A stretch of DNA of 64,000 nt from the NCBI RefSeq assembly GCF_035084215.1, contig NC_090339.1:12152001-12216000 (forward strand). Direction: 5' to 3'. Source of the DNA: Heptranchias perlo (taxonomy: Eukaryota). Within the stretch, counting starts at the first letter, position 1; each line of letters starts with the position of its first letter. Made by a program: the position numbers and the translations under genes. Shown one piece after another: positions 52,990-64,000 of this stretch. Under the pieces are notes generated by a model, which saw nothing but the letters and a program-made list of their open reading frames with translations, was not told the origin of the DNA and did no database searches.

Positions 52990-53911
52990 TATATTAGTGG
53001 TATTTGGCCAACCAGAGAGCTTACATAATGGAAGACAGCCACATTTATATTTTTAGCCGAAGCAGCACCTCAAGCTTACCACCAAAAATCTCAAACCTAG
53101 GACTTGTCCAAAGTTGACAGTTCTGGTATTCATACAAGTCTTTAATAAAGAGAAAGTCCTGGGCACTGACTGGATGCTGGAGTTTGGTTGATTTCCTCCT
53201 GAGAGTCTGTTCTCTTATTTAAAGCTGTGCAATCATTCATGAAGAGAATGGTAGCTGCTTAGGCTGCAGAGAATATATGTTCTAGTCTGGTCTGTTGCAG
53301 GCCTGTTCTAAGGCACTGATATGTGAATATTTAGTTGCTTGCTGTGCCCACTATATTCAAAGTGCTTTACTAATTTTCAAATGTAGGTTGCTCCTTTGAA
53401 CAAAAGGTACTTTAATATTTTAATATAGCTCAGGGCCAGTAAATGTTAAAAAAAAGTTGAATTTTGAAGTGAATTAATTATCTTTTCTGTTGACAGTTAG
53501 AAAAAGTAAATGCTAATTGCTTGAAATGGTGGGGCAGAGATTCTAATTGCTAACACCAGAGAGAGAGACAGACAGACAGACAGACAGGTGGACAAAAAGG
53601 CAGACAGTGTCTTTCCTCATTTAACTTTGATTTATTTAAAGCTAACAGCCTATGTGAGAGAAATAGATAAGGAAGGGTAGGAAGGGGATGGGAGAGGAAG
53701 GAAGGGTGGAGAAGAGGAGGAGGGAAGCAGGTTAAGGGCAAGGATGCCTCTGGATCTTCTTACCTGCCTTTAGGGGAGCAAGTGAGAGTTGGGTAGGGGA
53801 ACAGTGAATGGAGGCCTAAGGGTGAAGTGAACTACAGCAGTGTAAGCGGGGGGTAAAAATACAAAGGTTGAATGGTTAGTTCAGAGGGGATGAGGTAAGT
53901 CAGACAATATG

Positions 53912-54194
53912 AGGCGCTAAATCAGGCCGTGTAGCTCCCGTTGTTTTGGCACTACACAGCCTCTCCGACAACCAAGATGGCATCTTGGATGCACACGCAC
54001 GTTTCCTGCGTGACGTGCGCCAGACGCCATCTTGGTATAGGAGTTAGCGCACGCGCAGATAACGAACGCTGGAATCATGTAAAGTAATGAGAAAATAGCT
54101 TCAATCAGTGTGCAACGCTGATTTAAAGTGATAGACACTATTTTGGGACTTAACACTCAACTCAACGCACAGCCTTAACCCCAACCATCTGAAT
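53912..54194. mobile_element. CpG-rich repeat (probable MITE) interrupted by CR1; related inverted fragment at ~60510-60615
   Basis: Internal IR CCAAGATGGC...GCCATCTTGG. The GTGACGTGC.C.AG.ACGCCAT motif recurs in reverse at ~60515-60542. Confidence 0.5.
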
Positions 54195-56957
54195 GTGCTG
54201 TTGGGGAGGGTTTAAACTAAAGTGGCAGGGGGTTGGGAACCTGAGCAGGGAGACAGAGGAAAGCGTAACAGGAAGGGACAGAAGGTATGGAGTAATAGGT
54301 AAAGTGTTAAAAAAGGAAAAAGCAGGAACTAAGCGTCACAAAACAGATTTGAAAGTTCTTTATCTGAATGCACGTAGCATTCATAACAAAATGGACGAGT
54401 TAACGGCACAAATAACTACGTATGGGTATGATCTTGTGGCCATTACAGAAACATGGCTGCAGGGTGACAACGACTGGGAATTAAATATGCCAGGGTATTT
54501 AACAATCAGGAAGGACAGGCAGGAAGGAAGGGGAGGTGGGGTGGCTATGTTAATAAAGAAAGGAATCACTGTAATACAGATAAATGATATTGGGACAAAG
54601 CATCAAGATAATGAAACAGTTTGGGTGGAGATAAGGAATAATAAGGGGAAAAAAACACTCGTGGGCGTAGTATATAGGCCTCCTAATAGTTGCAACTCTG
54701 CTGGAAGAAGTATTAATCAGGAAATAGTCGGGGCATGTAATAAGGGAACAGCTATAATTATGGGGGATTTTAATTATCATATTAACTGGACAAATCAAAT
54801 TGGGCAGAGCAGCCTTGAGGAAGAGTTCATTGAGTGCATCAGGGATGGATTTCTTGAGCAGTATGTAACTGATCCTAAAAGGGGGCAGGCAACCTTGGAC
54901 CTGGTCCTGTGTAATGAGTCAGGATTAATTAATAATGTCCTAGTTAAGGATCCCCTTGGAACGAGCGACCACAACATGGTTGAATTCCATATCCAATTAA
55001 AGGGTGAGAAGGTTGATTCTCAAACAAGCGTACTGAGCTTGAATAAAGGAGACTATGATGGTATGAGAGCCGAATTGATTAAAGTGGACTGGGAAAATAG
55101 ATTAAAGGGTAAGACGGTACATGAGCAGTGGTGTTAATTTAGGGAGTTATTTTACAACTTTCAAAATAAATATATTCCACTGAGGAAAAAAGGGTGTAAA
55201 AGAAATGACAGCCATCCGTGGCTAAGTAAAGAAATCAAGGATAGTATCCGACTAAAAACAAGGACATATAAGGTAGCCAAACTTAGTGGGAGGATAGAAG
55301 ATTGGGAATTCTTCAAAAGACAGCAAAAAGTAACTAAAGGATTGATTAAGAAAGGGAAGTTAGATTATGAAAAGAAATTAGCAAAAAATATAAAAACAGA
55401 TAGCAAGAGTTTCTACAGTTATATAAAAAGAAAAAGGGTGGCTAAGGCAAATGTAGGTCCCTTGGAGGATGAGACCAGGAAATTAATGGTGGGAAACATG
55501 GCGATGGCAAAAATGCTGAACAAATATTTTGTTTCAGTCTTTACAGTAGAGGACACTAAGAATATCCCAACACTGGACAAACAGGGGACTCTACGGGGGG
55601 AGGAGCTAAATACGATTAAAATCACTCAGGAGATGGTACTCAGTAAATTAATGGGACTCAAAGCGGATAAATCCCCTGGACCTGATGGCTTCCATCCTAG
55701 GGTCTTGAGGGAAATGGCAGTAGGGATTGTGGATGCTTTGGTGATAGTTTTCCAAAATTCCCTGGACTCAGGAGAGGTCCCGGCAGATTGGAAAACTGCT
55801 AATGTAACACCGCTATTTAAAAAGGGTAGTAGGCAGAAGGCTGGAAATTATAGGCCAGTTAGCCTAACATCTGTGGTGGGTAAAATTTTGGAGTCTATTA
55901 TTAAGGAGACAGTAATGGAACATTTAGATAAGCATAATTTAATAGGACAAAGTCAGCATGGCTTTATGAAGGGGAAGTCATGTCTGACAAATTTGCTTGA
56001 GTTCTTTGAGGATATAACGTACAGGGTGGATAAAGGCGAACCAGTGGACGTAGTGTATTTAGACTTCCAGAAGGCATTCGACAAGGTGCCACATAAAAGA
56101 TTATTACTTAAGATAAAAAATCACGGGATTGGGGGTAATATTCTGGCATGGGTGGAGGATTGGTTATCTAACAGGAAGCAGAGAGTTGGGATAAATGGTT
56201 CATTTTCGGACTGGCAACCAGTAACCAATGGTGTTCCACAGGGGTCGGTGCTGGGTCCCCAACTCTTTACAATCTATATTAACGATTTGGAGGAGGGGAC
56301 CGAGTGCAACATATCAAAATTTGCAGATGATACAAAGATGGGAGGGAAAGTAGAGAGTGAGGAGGACATAAAAAACCTGCAAGGGGATATAGACAGGCTG
56401 GGTGAGTGGGCGGAGATTTGGCAGATGCAATATAATATTGGAAAATGTGAGGTTATGCACTTTGGCAGGAAAAATCAGAGAGCAAGTTATTTTCTTAATG
56501 GCGAGAGACTGGAAAGTACTGCAGTACAAAGGGATCTGGGGGTCCTAGTGCAAGAAAATCAAAAAGTTGGTATGCAGGTGCAGCAGGTGATCAAGAAAGC
56601 CAACGGAATGTTGGCTTTTATTGCTAGGGGGATAGAATATAAAAACAGGGAGGTATTGCTGCAGTTATATAAGGTATTGGTGAGACCGCACCTGGAATAC
56701 TGCATACAGTTTTGGTGTCCATACTTAAGAAAAGACATACTTGCTCTCGAGGCAGTACAAAGAAGGTTCACTCGGTTAATCCCGGGGATGAGGGGGTGGA
56801 CATATGAGGAGAGGTTGAGTAGATTGGGACTCTACTCATTGGAGTTCAGAAGAATGAGAGGCGATCTTATTGAAACATATAAGATTGTGAAGGGGCTTGA
56901 TCGGGTTGATGCAGTAAGGATGTTCCCAAAGATGGGTGAAACTAGAACTAGGGGGCA
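54195..56957 (+). mobile_element. Young CR1 family A copy: nearly intact ORF2 (APE + RT), 3' end missing
   Basis: ORFs 54193-55137 and 55342-56991 are in the same frame, separated only by one TAA (55135-55137). YLNARS, TETWL, GDFN, SDHN, DFQKAFD, QGSVLGP, FADD. Confidence 0.95.
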
Positions 56958-58477
56958 CGGGGTAATAGCACATCATGCTACCTGTGCCTAAAAATGGCCC
57001 CTATCGAATTTTTCCCCCATTGTCTCTCTTACCTGTCTGTTGTCTTCATGTTATTATTTCTCTCTATGTCTCCCCTTTTCTGCTTCTGCCTGTCTGTGTG
57101 TATCTCTCTTTCTCTCTCCTCTTTTTCTTCTGCTTTTCCCTCCCTGATTATTCTCTTGCTTCTCTCTCTTGTCTCTTTTTATTCTTCTTTCAGTCGGGAG
57201 GCAGTGGGTAGCATGACATGCTTTAGTGGGGAAAGCATCCTGCAGCTATTGGTGCCTGGTTTTGGTGAGGGGGTTATGGGGAGAGAACAGGGTTAGGGTT
57301 AGGGATTGCTGTAGCAGCCAGCTGACACAGACACAATGGACTGCACCGCCTCCTCCTGTACTGTAAATTTTTATGGTTCTAAATGTGGCCCCCAGTAGCT
57401 CCCTTTCCATCTTCTCCTTCAATTACGTATTTCTTCCCACCCATCACGTTCCCTATCCTTTCACCTTCACATTACCCACTTCCCTTCCGACTACCCCCTC
57501 AATCCCATCACTATCTCTACCTCATCCCCTTTGAATCAAATCTACTGTTTGTATTTAATATTGTTCATTTATCCATTTAGAGTTCAATAAATCGGACTAG
57601 CGGTTTATAGTTTAAGTCACGGTCTGTCGAATGTTTATTATTCCATTTACCAAAATCAAGGAAATCGCATGAGAATGTGCAGTACATCCGTAAGTTGGAA
57701 TACTGTGACAAAGGTTCTTTGCTTGACCTCTGGACTCACTACGTTTGCTTAGATATTAGGCATGTAAATGTACAGTCCAGGTTGTAGGAAGCTGGTGCTC
57801 CCTTACAGAATGGTCTGTGCCTCAGAACACAAAGAAAATTTATAGGGTGACATTCTCCGAGACCACAAGGCACTGGCACAAGCTTACACATTGGAAAATC
57901 CTGGACGCTCTGGCCACAATTATCCATCCATTGTGAGTATATATACTCCCCTCCGGGGATTCTTACTCTGTTCCTTTCCCGTGTCAGCTCGGGCCCTGAC
58001 TCCATTTTGTGCTGAAATGTTGGTGCAAGGCAAAGCCACTTTACATTGATGCTACCGTTGTTGTGTAAGTTCACCCGAAGAGTTTGCTGAGAGAAGCTGG
58101 AATAACTATAGACTCCTTTTAAAATGGTCAACCCGATTTGAATGTTTGTGCTGTACAGTAGCTTGCTTGTTGCTTGAGTGTACCACGTTAATTGTGAATA
58201 AATCTGGACCAGTTATTTAGCTCTATAAAGTATCTGATGGTATGATGTTCTCCAGTCTCCTTGGAGAGAAAATATGGTAGACATCCCATGTATTTGGCAG
58301 TAAGCAGTTTACTGTGAGTAAACCTAACCTATGCTAACTTACATGTAGCAGAGAATAAAAATGCTGGTTTCAGTTCATAATGCAAGAGCCTGTTGGTCAA
58401 ACCAGTTACACAAAGGAACAATGCTAGAGGAAAAAACCTGAAGTATAATGTTCTCCTTTTGTCTTGGAAACACTGAC

Positions 58478-58642
58478 CCCTGCTGCTGCCTCGTAGAGTG
58501 GATGTTCTTCATGTGTGACAGCAAGTGTTGGTCGTCCATTCGACTGTAGAGGGCATTAAAGCGAATTCCATTGCTGTCCTTGTCAGACATCCACATACAG
58601 ACGCTTTCCAACAAGAGGTATTGAGGTAAATTTTCATCTTCA
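58478..58642 (-). CDS. Candidate internal coding exon of an unidentified gene
   Basis: Acceptor TTTTCATTCCATTGATTTCAG, 165-nt open frame EDENLPQYLLLESVCMWMSDKDSNGIRFNALYSRMDDQHLLSHMKNIHSTRQQQG, donor GG|GTCAGT, non-repetitive. No homolog recognised. Confidence 0.45.
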
Positions 58643-59832
58643 CTGAAATCAATGGAATGAAAATTATATGGGTTTGATAAGCAAATTCTGCCAGATTACT
58701 GCCCATGCAGTGAAGATGAAAATTTTACCCCATGGCGTTCCAGACCTAGTGAACCAATCAGGAGCTGGAACCCTTGCTGGTTTTCGCTCTACCGAGGACA
58801 TTGAGGCCAAATGTGGCACATCAACTGACTCAGCAAAGGGTGGAATTATGAAGCTGACATCTCCTGGTTGGTAAGGCTTAGTGGCAACCTGGTTGATATC
58901 TTTACCCCCCTCACCACTGGGGAAGCTATGGAAGGCAGTGCTTTTTTATAAACGTCCAGAGATTTATGTCATAAGAAAGCCTGTGATTAGAAACTGCCAT
59001 TCAGCCCATCAATCACTTTTCATCATACGATGTTCAATTTTTAAATCTGTGCGGCTATGGACTCCTTTCCATTTTATCTAAATCTCCTCAGGGAGATGAC
59101 TAATCACAAGTAAAAATTTCTTAAAAAGATAATAAATCTCAGTAAAATTTCTCCCTGCCCACTGAAGGTAATCAATCAAAAGTTACAGGATATCAATTGA
59201 AAATTATAATTTGCATTATTCCAGCCTGACTGGCATCATTCCACAGATGACATGAATGTGGTTCCAACAGGATTGAAACAATATTGTTTGCTAGATTATC
59301 TGATCATCTATGCCCATATGAGAGAGGGGTTTGTCATGTCTTACAGAGGCTGGAGAGAAGGATGCTATAGGCACCCAGGATTGGCAGTAGTACAGAAACT
59401 TCTTGGTCAGACCCCATCTGGGGTACTGCGTTCAGATTTGAGCACCAAACCTCAGGAGTAATCTATTGGCCTTGGAAGGGGTGCAGTACAGATTCACCAG
59501 AATGATGCCAGAGCTTAAAGACTTAAATTATGAAGATAGGTTGCATAAACCTGGCTTATATTCCTTTAAGTTTAGAAGGTTGAGGGGTGATCTGATCGAG
59601 GTGTTTAAAATGATAAAGGGGTTCGATAGGGTAGATACAGAGAAATTATTTCCTCTGGTGGGGGAATCCAGAACAAGGGCCCAATCTTAAAATTTGAACT
59701 TGGCCATTTAGGAGGGAAATCAGGAAGTAATTTTTCACACAAAGGGTAGTGGAAATCTGGAATTTGCTCCCTCAAAAGGCTGTGGATGCTGGGGCAATTG
59801 AAATTTTCAAGACTGAGATGCATATATTTTTG

Positions 59833-60080
59833 TTGTAAACAATTTTACAACACCAAGTTATAGTCCAACAAATTTATTTTAAATTCCACAAGCTTTCGGA
59901 GGCTTCCTCCTTCCTCAGGTGAACGGTGTGGAAATGAAAACATTTCCACACCGTTCACCTGAGGAAGGAGGAAGCCTCCGAAAGCTTGTGGAATTTAAAA
60001 TAAATTTGTTGGACTATAACTTGGTGTTGTAAAATTGTTTACAATTGTCAACCCCAGTCCATCACCGGCATCTCCACATC
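59833..60080. mobile_element. Miniature fold-back PLE insertion (perfect 104-bp arms, 4-nt loop, ~35-nt tail)
   Basis: 59833-59936 is the exact reverse complement of 59941-60044, loop AAAA. Tail TTGTCAACCCCAGTCCATCACCGGCATCTCCACATC. TSD (C)ATATATTTTTGTT at 59821-59834 and 60080-60093. Inserted in a CR1 3' end. Confidence 0.93.
59954..59992 (+). ncRNA. Minimal hammerhead ribozyme (mirror copy on - strand at 59885-59923)
   Basis: TTCAC-CTGAGGA-A-GGAGG-AAG-CCTCC-GAAA-GC-TT-GTGGA. Confidence 0.85.
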
Positions 60081-61209
60081 ATATATTTTTGTTAGGTAAG
60101 GGTGTCAAGGGATATGGAGCTAAGGCAGGTAAATGGAGTTGAGGTACAGATTATCCATGATCTAAGCAGGCCTGAGGGGCTGAATGGCCTACTCCTGTTC
60201 CAGGTCAGAAGCCAGCACCAGAATGCCTGAAGATGTGTGAAGAAAAAAAATCAAGCCATAGATAGAATCCTAGAAAAGGGACGCAATAGATATATTGGGC
60301 AGCCAAATGGAGCTAATAAGTGGAAAAATATCAAGGTAGGTGCTGGAGGAGTGGATGCCTGATGTACAATAGGTCATTAGGAAACCAGACGTGAGCATCA
60401 ACGGCTTAGTGAATAAAACAGGAAAGAAAACTACCTCACATATTGCAATAAAGAACAAAAGTGTAAATACACTGAAACTGAAAGTTGTGCTAAGACAGTT
60501 CCCAGCTCCCTAAGGGAAAATGGCGTCCTGTGCACGTCACACTGGAAGTGTGCATCTCGGACACCATTTTCGGGGCTTAGGTGTCTGCATAGTGCCTACG
60601 GCCCAATTTAGTCCCAAGTGCCTTCTGGACAGGAAGACAAGGGGGATAATACCAGGGAGAGAGGGAACAAAGAAAGAAACATAATTTCCAGTTATAATTC
60701 AACAGCTTAATATCTAATGTCATTAGATGGCTTAACTTCAATGTGAAATCACATTTCTAAATGCACTGCAGTCGTACAACATCACTTGGGTGATAGATGC
60801 AGTAAATGCTCCACATTTACCCTCCTAATGGTCGTCATGATCATCATACAGGACTCGTAATGTATCATTAACTTACTCTAGTCAGCTGCTTTTATTTAAT
60901 AAGATTGTACAAAAGCCAAAAGTAATTCAAATAGACTGTTTTTGTGGTAGTATTAGCTTGATAACATGATGTTTTTCATCCACTTAGCAATCATACAGCC
61001 ATCATTATGGACTGCGTCTCAAATGGCCTATTTTCTGACCTGGTATTTAGAGAACTGAATAGAGAGAGGGAGAAAGTTGCAGGGCTATGGGGAAAGAGCA
61101 TGGGAGTAGGATTAACTATATAGCTCTTCAAAGTGCCGGCACAGGCATGATGAGCCGAATGGCCTCCATCTGTGCTGTACGATTCTATAAGTGTTTGTAA
61201 ATTGTAAAT

Positions 61210-61981
61210 TCCAGAATTTGCTATCAAAATAACGGTGAGGTTAATGGCGATCACCGTTGTGTATGCGCAAATTGCACGGCTACTTCAGGCAAGGGCAGAG
61301 GCGCAGTTACACGTGGAAATCTGGAAGTTTCTATCCGAGATGCGCTGCTCTGCGGTTAGCTTCGCAAAAATAGCATCTCGCTGTCTGCCTCACCATTGAA
61401 ATGCATTGAACGACGCGAAGTTCCTGCATGGTAGATACGAACTAAACTCACCACAGAAAGCTAGGGTTTGTCCATTTCAGTCTAAGTATCCTTTTTAATA
61501 GTATGATAATTGTTAATTACTGCCAAACAACCTCTCTGGCAGTGAAAATTAACTTTTACAAGCATGGAGTTTCCTTCCTTCAGGTTTTAATTGTTGGAGA
61601 TTTAAAAAAAGATTAAATTAACATTTTTTAAAAACTTTTTTCTTTGTTTTTTTTTCTCTTTCTTAATCCAATCTTTCTTTCCCTCTCTTTATTTCTCTTT
61701 CTGTACCTGATCTAACCTTGAATTCACTATTCTGACTTACACTTCCTGGTTCAGAATCTGCGCTGTTCATTTCACAATCCTTCAATCTGATTGGTTAAGG
61801 ACATACACAGTTGCTTGCCCTGTTCGCTCAGATCCCAGATGCCCTGTAGAGGGCGCCGCAACGTTCCCATCACGCACTTCCAGCAACTTGCAGTGCAAAA
61901 TATCATTGCGATTAAACGGGCAGGGGCAAGTCGGACTAATGGCGGGCACTGTTCGTTGACCGGTTACAGCAAATATTGGCC
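61210..61981. mobile_element. Harbinger-type MITE, same family as 10993-11537
   Basis: CCAGAATTTGCT ... AGCAAATATTGGCC|ATT; internal similarity to 11000-11530. Confidence 0.65.
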
Positions 61982-62917
61982 ATTAACTCTTTGCACCAGT
62001 GAACCATCTTCCTGAAAAGCGATTCTTTTCAATGAAGGCTGCTTGGGAGGGGAAAGCAAAGGGATGAGTCGTCCAGGTTGAAATTCTGCCATAACTATTT
62101 TGCCCTCAAAGCACATGTCAATGCTGGTTTGCGAAATGATTTAATAAGGTAATTTTATGATGGCAGAAGAAAATGTGTTGCATTTAAGAAATAACAATGT
62201 ACATACCTTGATGACAAGGTCATTGTGAATTCAACTACTGACAGTGTGCCTGGGGACATTTGTGTTTGCGAAGATGGAGTGAGCCCAGACAAAGGGGTAT
62301 TTAGGAAGAAATCTACTTATGACTTGTACTGTTATATAAGATGCATTGCAGATGTATAGCAACTCCCCCAATCAGTCATTATTGTTTTGCTAAAATGTTT
62401 TACATCTGTTGTAAAATTATAATTCTGGAGCCTCCACTAAATGTTTTTTATGCTAGTTAAAGGGCAGTTGTACTCTCAAAGTAAAGTAATTACTCCCTTA
62501 TGTGTTCCACAGTGTTATGTTTATTATAGATTCCTATCTATGAAAGATAATAGCACAGAAATGGCTGCTGTAGATTTTGTTCTCCACCAGTTATGAATGT
62601 AAATCGAATGCAAACAATATCCTCGACAGACCTTTCGCATTGGTTATGGAAAAGAGAGGAAAGTTATCTAACAATACTTAGAGAAACCGGAATAGCCCTT
62701 CAGCCAATCAAATCTCCCCCTACATTTTTTTATTCGTTCATGGGATGTGGGCATCGCTGGCGATGCCGGCATTTATTGCCCATCCCTAATTGCCCTTGAG
62801 AAGGTGGTGGTGAGCCGCCTTCTTGAACCCTGCAGTCCGTGTGGTGAAGGTTCTCCCACAGTGCTGTTAGGAAGGGAGTTCCAGGATTTTGACCCAGCGA
62901 CGATGAAGGAATATTTC

Positions 62918-63162
62918 AATTGTAAACAATTTTACAACACCAAGTTATAGTCCAGCAATTTTATTTTAAATTCACAAGCTTTCGGAGGCTTCCCCCTTCG
63001 TCAGGTGAACGATGTGAAATATCGATTTTCACATCGTTCACCTGACGAAGGGGGAAGCCTCCGAAAGCTTGTGAATTTAAAATAAAATTGCTGGACTATA
63101 ACTTGGTGTTGTAAAATTGTTTACAATTGTCAACCCCAGTCCATCACCGGCATCTCCACATC
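62918..63162. mobile_element. Miniature fold-back PLE insertion (102-bp arms, 7-nt loop, ~34-nt tail)
   Basis: 62918-63019 is the reverse complement of 63027-63128, loop TATCGAT. Same tail ending CCACATC. TSD AGGAATATTTCAA at 62907-62919 and 63163-63175. Inserted in a family-B LINE. Confidence 0.93.
63037..63075 (+). ncRNA. Minimal hammerhead ribozyme, variant (mirror copy on - strand at 62971-63009)
   Basis: TTCAC-CTGACGA-A-GGGGG-AAG-CCTCC-GAAA-GC-TT-GTGAA. The N of CUGANGA differs, stem II keeps pairing through G-U, stem I is a perfect 5 bp. Confidence 0.87.
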
Positions 63163-64000
63163 AGGAATATTTCAAAGTCAGGGTGGTGTGTGACTTGGAG
63201 GGGAACGTGCAGGTAGTGTTGTTCCCATGTGCATGCTGCCCTTATCCTTCTAGGTGGTAGAGGTCACGGGTTTGGGAGGTGCTGTCGAAGAAGCCTTGGC
63301 GAGTTGCTGCAGTGAATTCTGTGGATGGTGCACACTGCAGCCACAGTGCGCCGGTGGTGAAGGGAATGAATGTTTAGGGTGGTGGTTGGGGTGCCAATCA
63401 AGCGGGCTGCTTTGTCCTGGATGGTATCGAGCTTCTTGAGTGTTGTTGGAGCTGCACTCATCCAGGCAAGTGGAGAGTATTCCATCACACTCCTGACTTG
63501 TGCCTTGTAGATGGTGGAAAGGCTTTGAGGAGTCTGGAGGTTAGTCACTTGCCGCAGAATACCCAGCCTCTGACCTGCTCTTGTAGCCACAGTATTTATA
63601 TGGCTGGTCTGGTCAATGGTGACCTCCAGGATGTTGATGGTGGGGGATCAGCGATGGTAATGCAGTTGAATGTCAAGGGGAGGTCGTTATACTCTCTTTT
63701 GTTGGAGATGGCCATTGCCTGGCACTTGTCTGGCACGAATGTTACTTGCCACTTATGAGCCCAAGCCTAAATGTTGTCCAGGTCTTGCTGCATGCGGGTA
63801 CAGACTGCTTCATTTTCTGAGGGGTTGCGCATGGAACTGAACACTGTGCAATCGTCAGCGATCATCCCCATTTCTGACCTTATGATGGAGGGAAGGTCAT
63901 TGATGAAGCAGCTGAAGATGGTTGGGCCTAGGACACTGCCCTGAGGAACTCCTGCAGCAATGTCCTGGGACTGAGATGATTGGCCTCCAACAGCCACTAC

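Larger units (their letters stand above)
59385..60200 (+). mobile_element. CR1 3' fragment interrupted by mini-PLE
   Basis: ALEGVQYRFTRM...RGDLIEVFKM; tail resumes after 60081. Confidence 0.88.
62725..64000 (-). mobile_element. CR1-group LINE family B, interrupted by mini-PLE, runs off the window
   Basis: GVPQGSVLGP and IADD; 3' tail at 62725-62800. Confidence 0.92.

Noticed and set aside
57289-57304. Interstitial telomeric repeat AGGGTTAGGGTTAGGG
   Set aside because: Under three units, inside a decayed CR1-like tail; compatible with chance or slippage.
56975-57580. Hydrophobic ORFs as membrane proteins
   Set aside because: Low-complexity CT-rich sequence (as at 53550-53741 and 49753-49938).
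59833-60080. Hairpins as DNA-transposon MITEs or pre-miRNAs
   Set aside because: The asymmetric tail, variable 10-14 bp TSDs and identity with the GIY-YIG-linked copy at 11.9-12.9 kb indicate PLE origin.
62918-63162. Palindromes as assembly or chimeric-read artefacts
   Set aside because: Each is bounded by a TSD, host LINEs resume in register on both sides, and the longest copy has arm mismatches. Read-level confirmation is still desirable.

Overview
Eukaryotic vertebrate DNA. The repeat landscape (CR1, L2, Deu-type SINEs, Penelope-like elements) suggests a cartilaginous fish, probably a shark; this is inference. The only confidently identified host gene is an intronless, divergent plasma-membrane-type Qa-SNARE syntaxin (2026-2907, +) with a Cys-rich tail instead of a normal transmembrane anchor. 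Up to three candidate minus-strand exons of an unidentified gene lie at 48.8-58.6 kb. The rest is mostly transposon-derived: two CR1-group LINE families, L2, Tx1 and RTE remnants, two SINE families each sharing a 3' tail with a LINE in the window, a 1000-bp solo LTR, a decayed Harbinger transposase and several TIR MITEs, some with 3-bp TSDs. The most striking signal is three independent fold-back (palindromic) insertions of one Penelope-like element (11891-12900, 59833-60080, 62918-63162). Each has a 10-14 bp TSD, the same two fixed ends (one arm carries an extra ~35-nt tail) and a minimal hammerhead ribozyme in both arms. Two of them are ~245-bp perfect hairpins consisting of little more than the ribozyme and the element terminus. 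No CRISPR, rRNA or true tRNA genes were seen. Boundaries of old repeat fragments are approximate.
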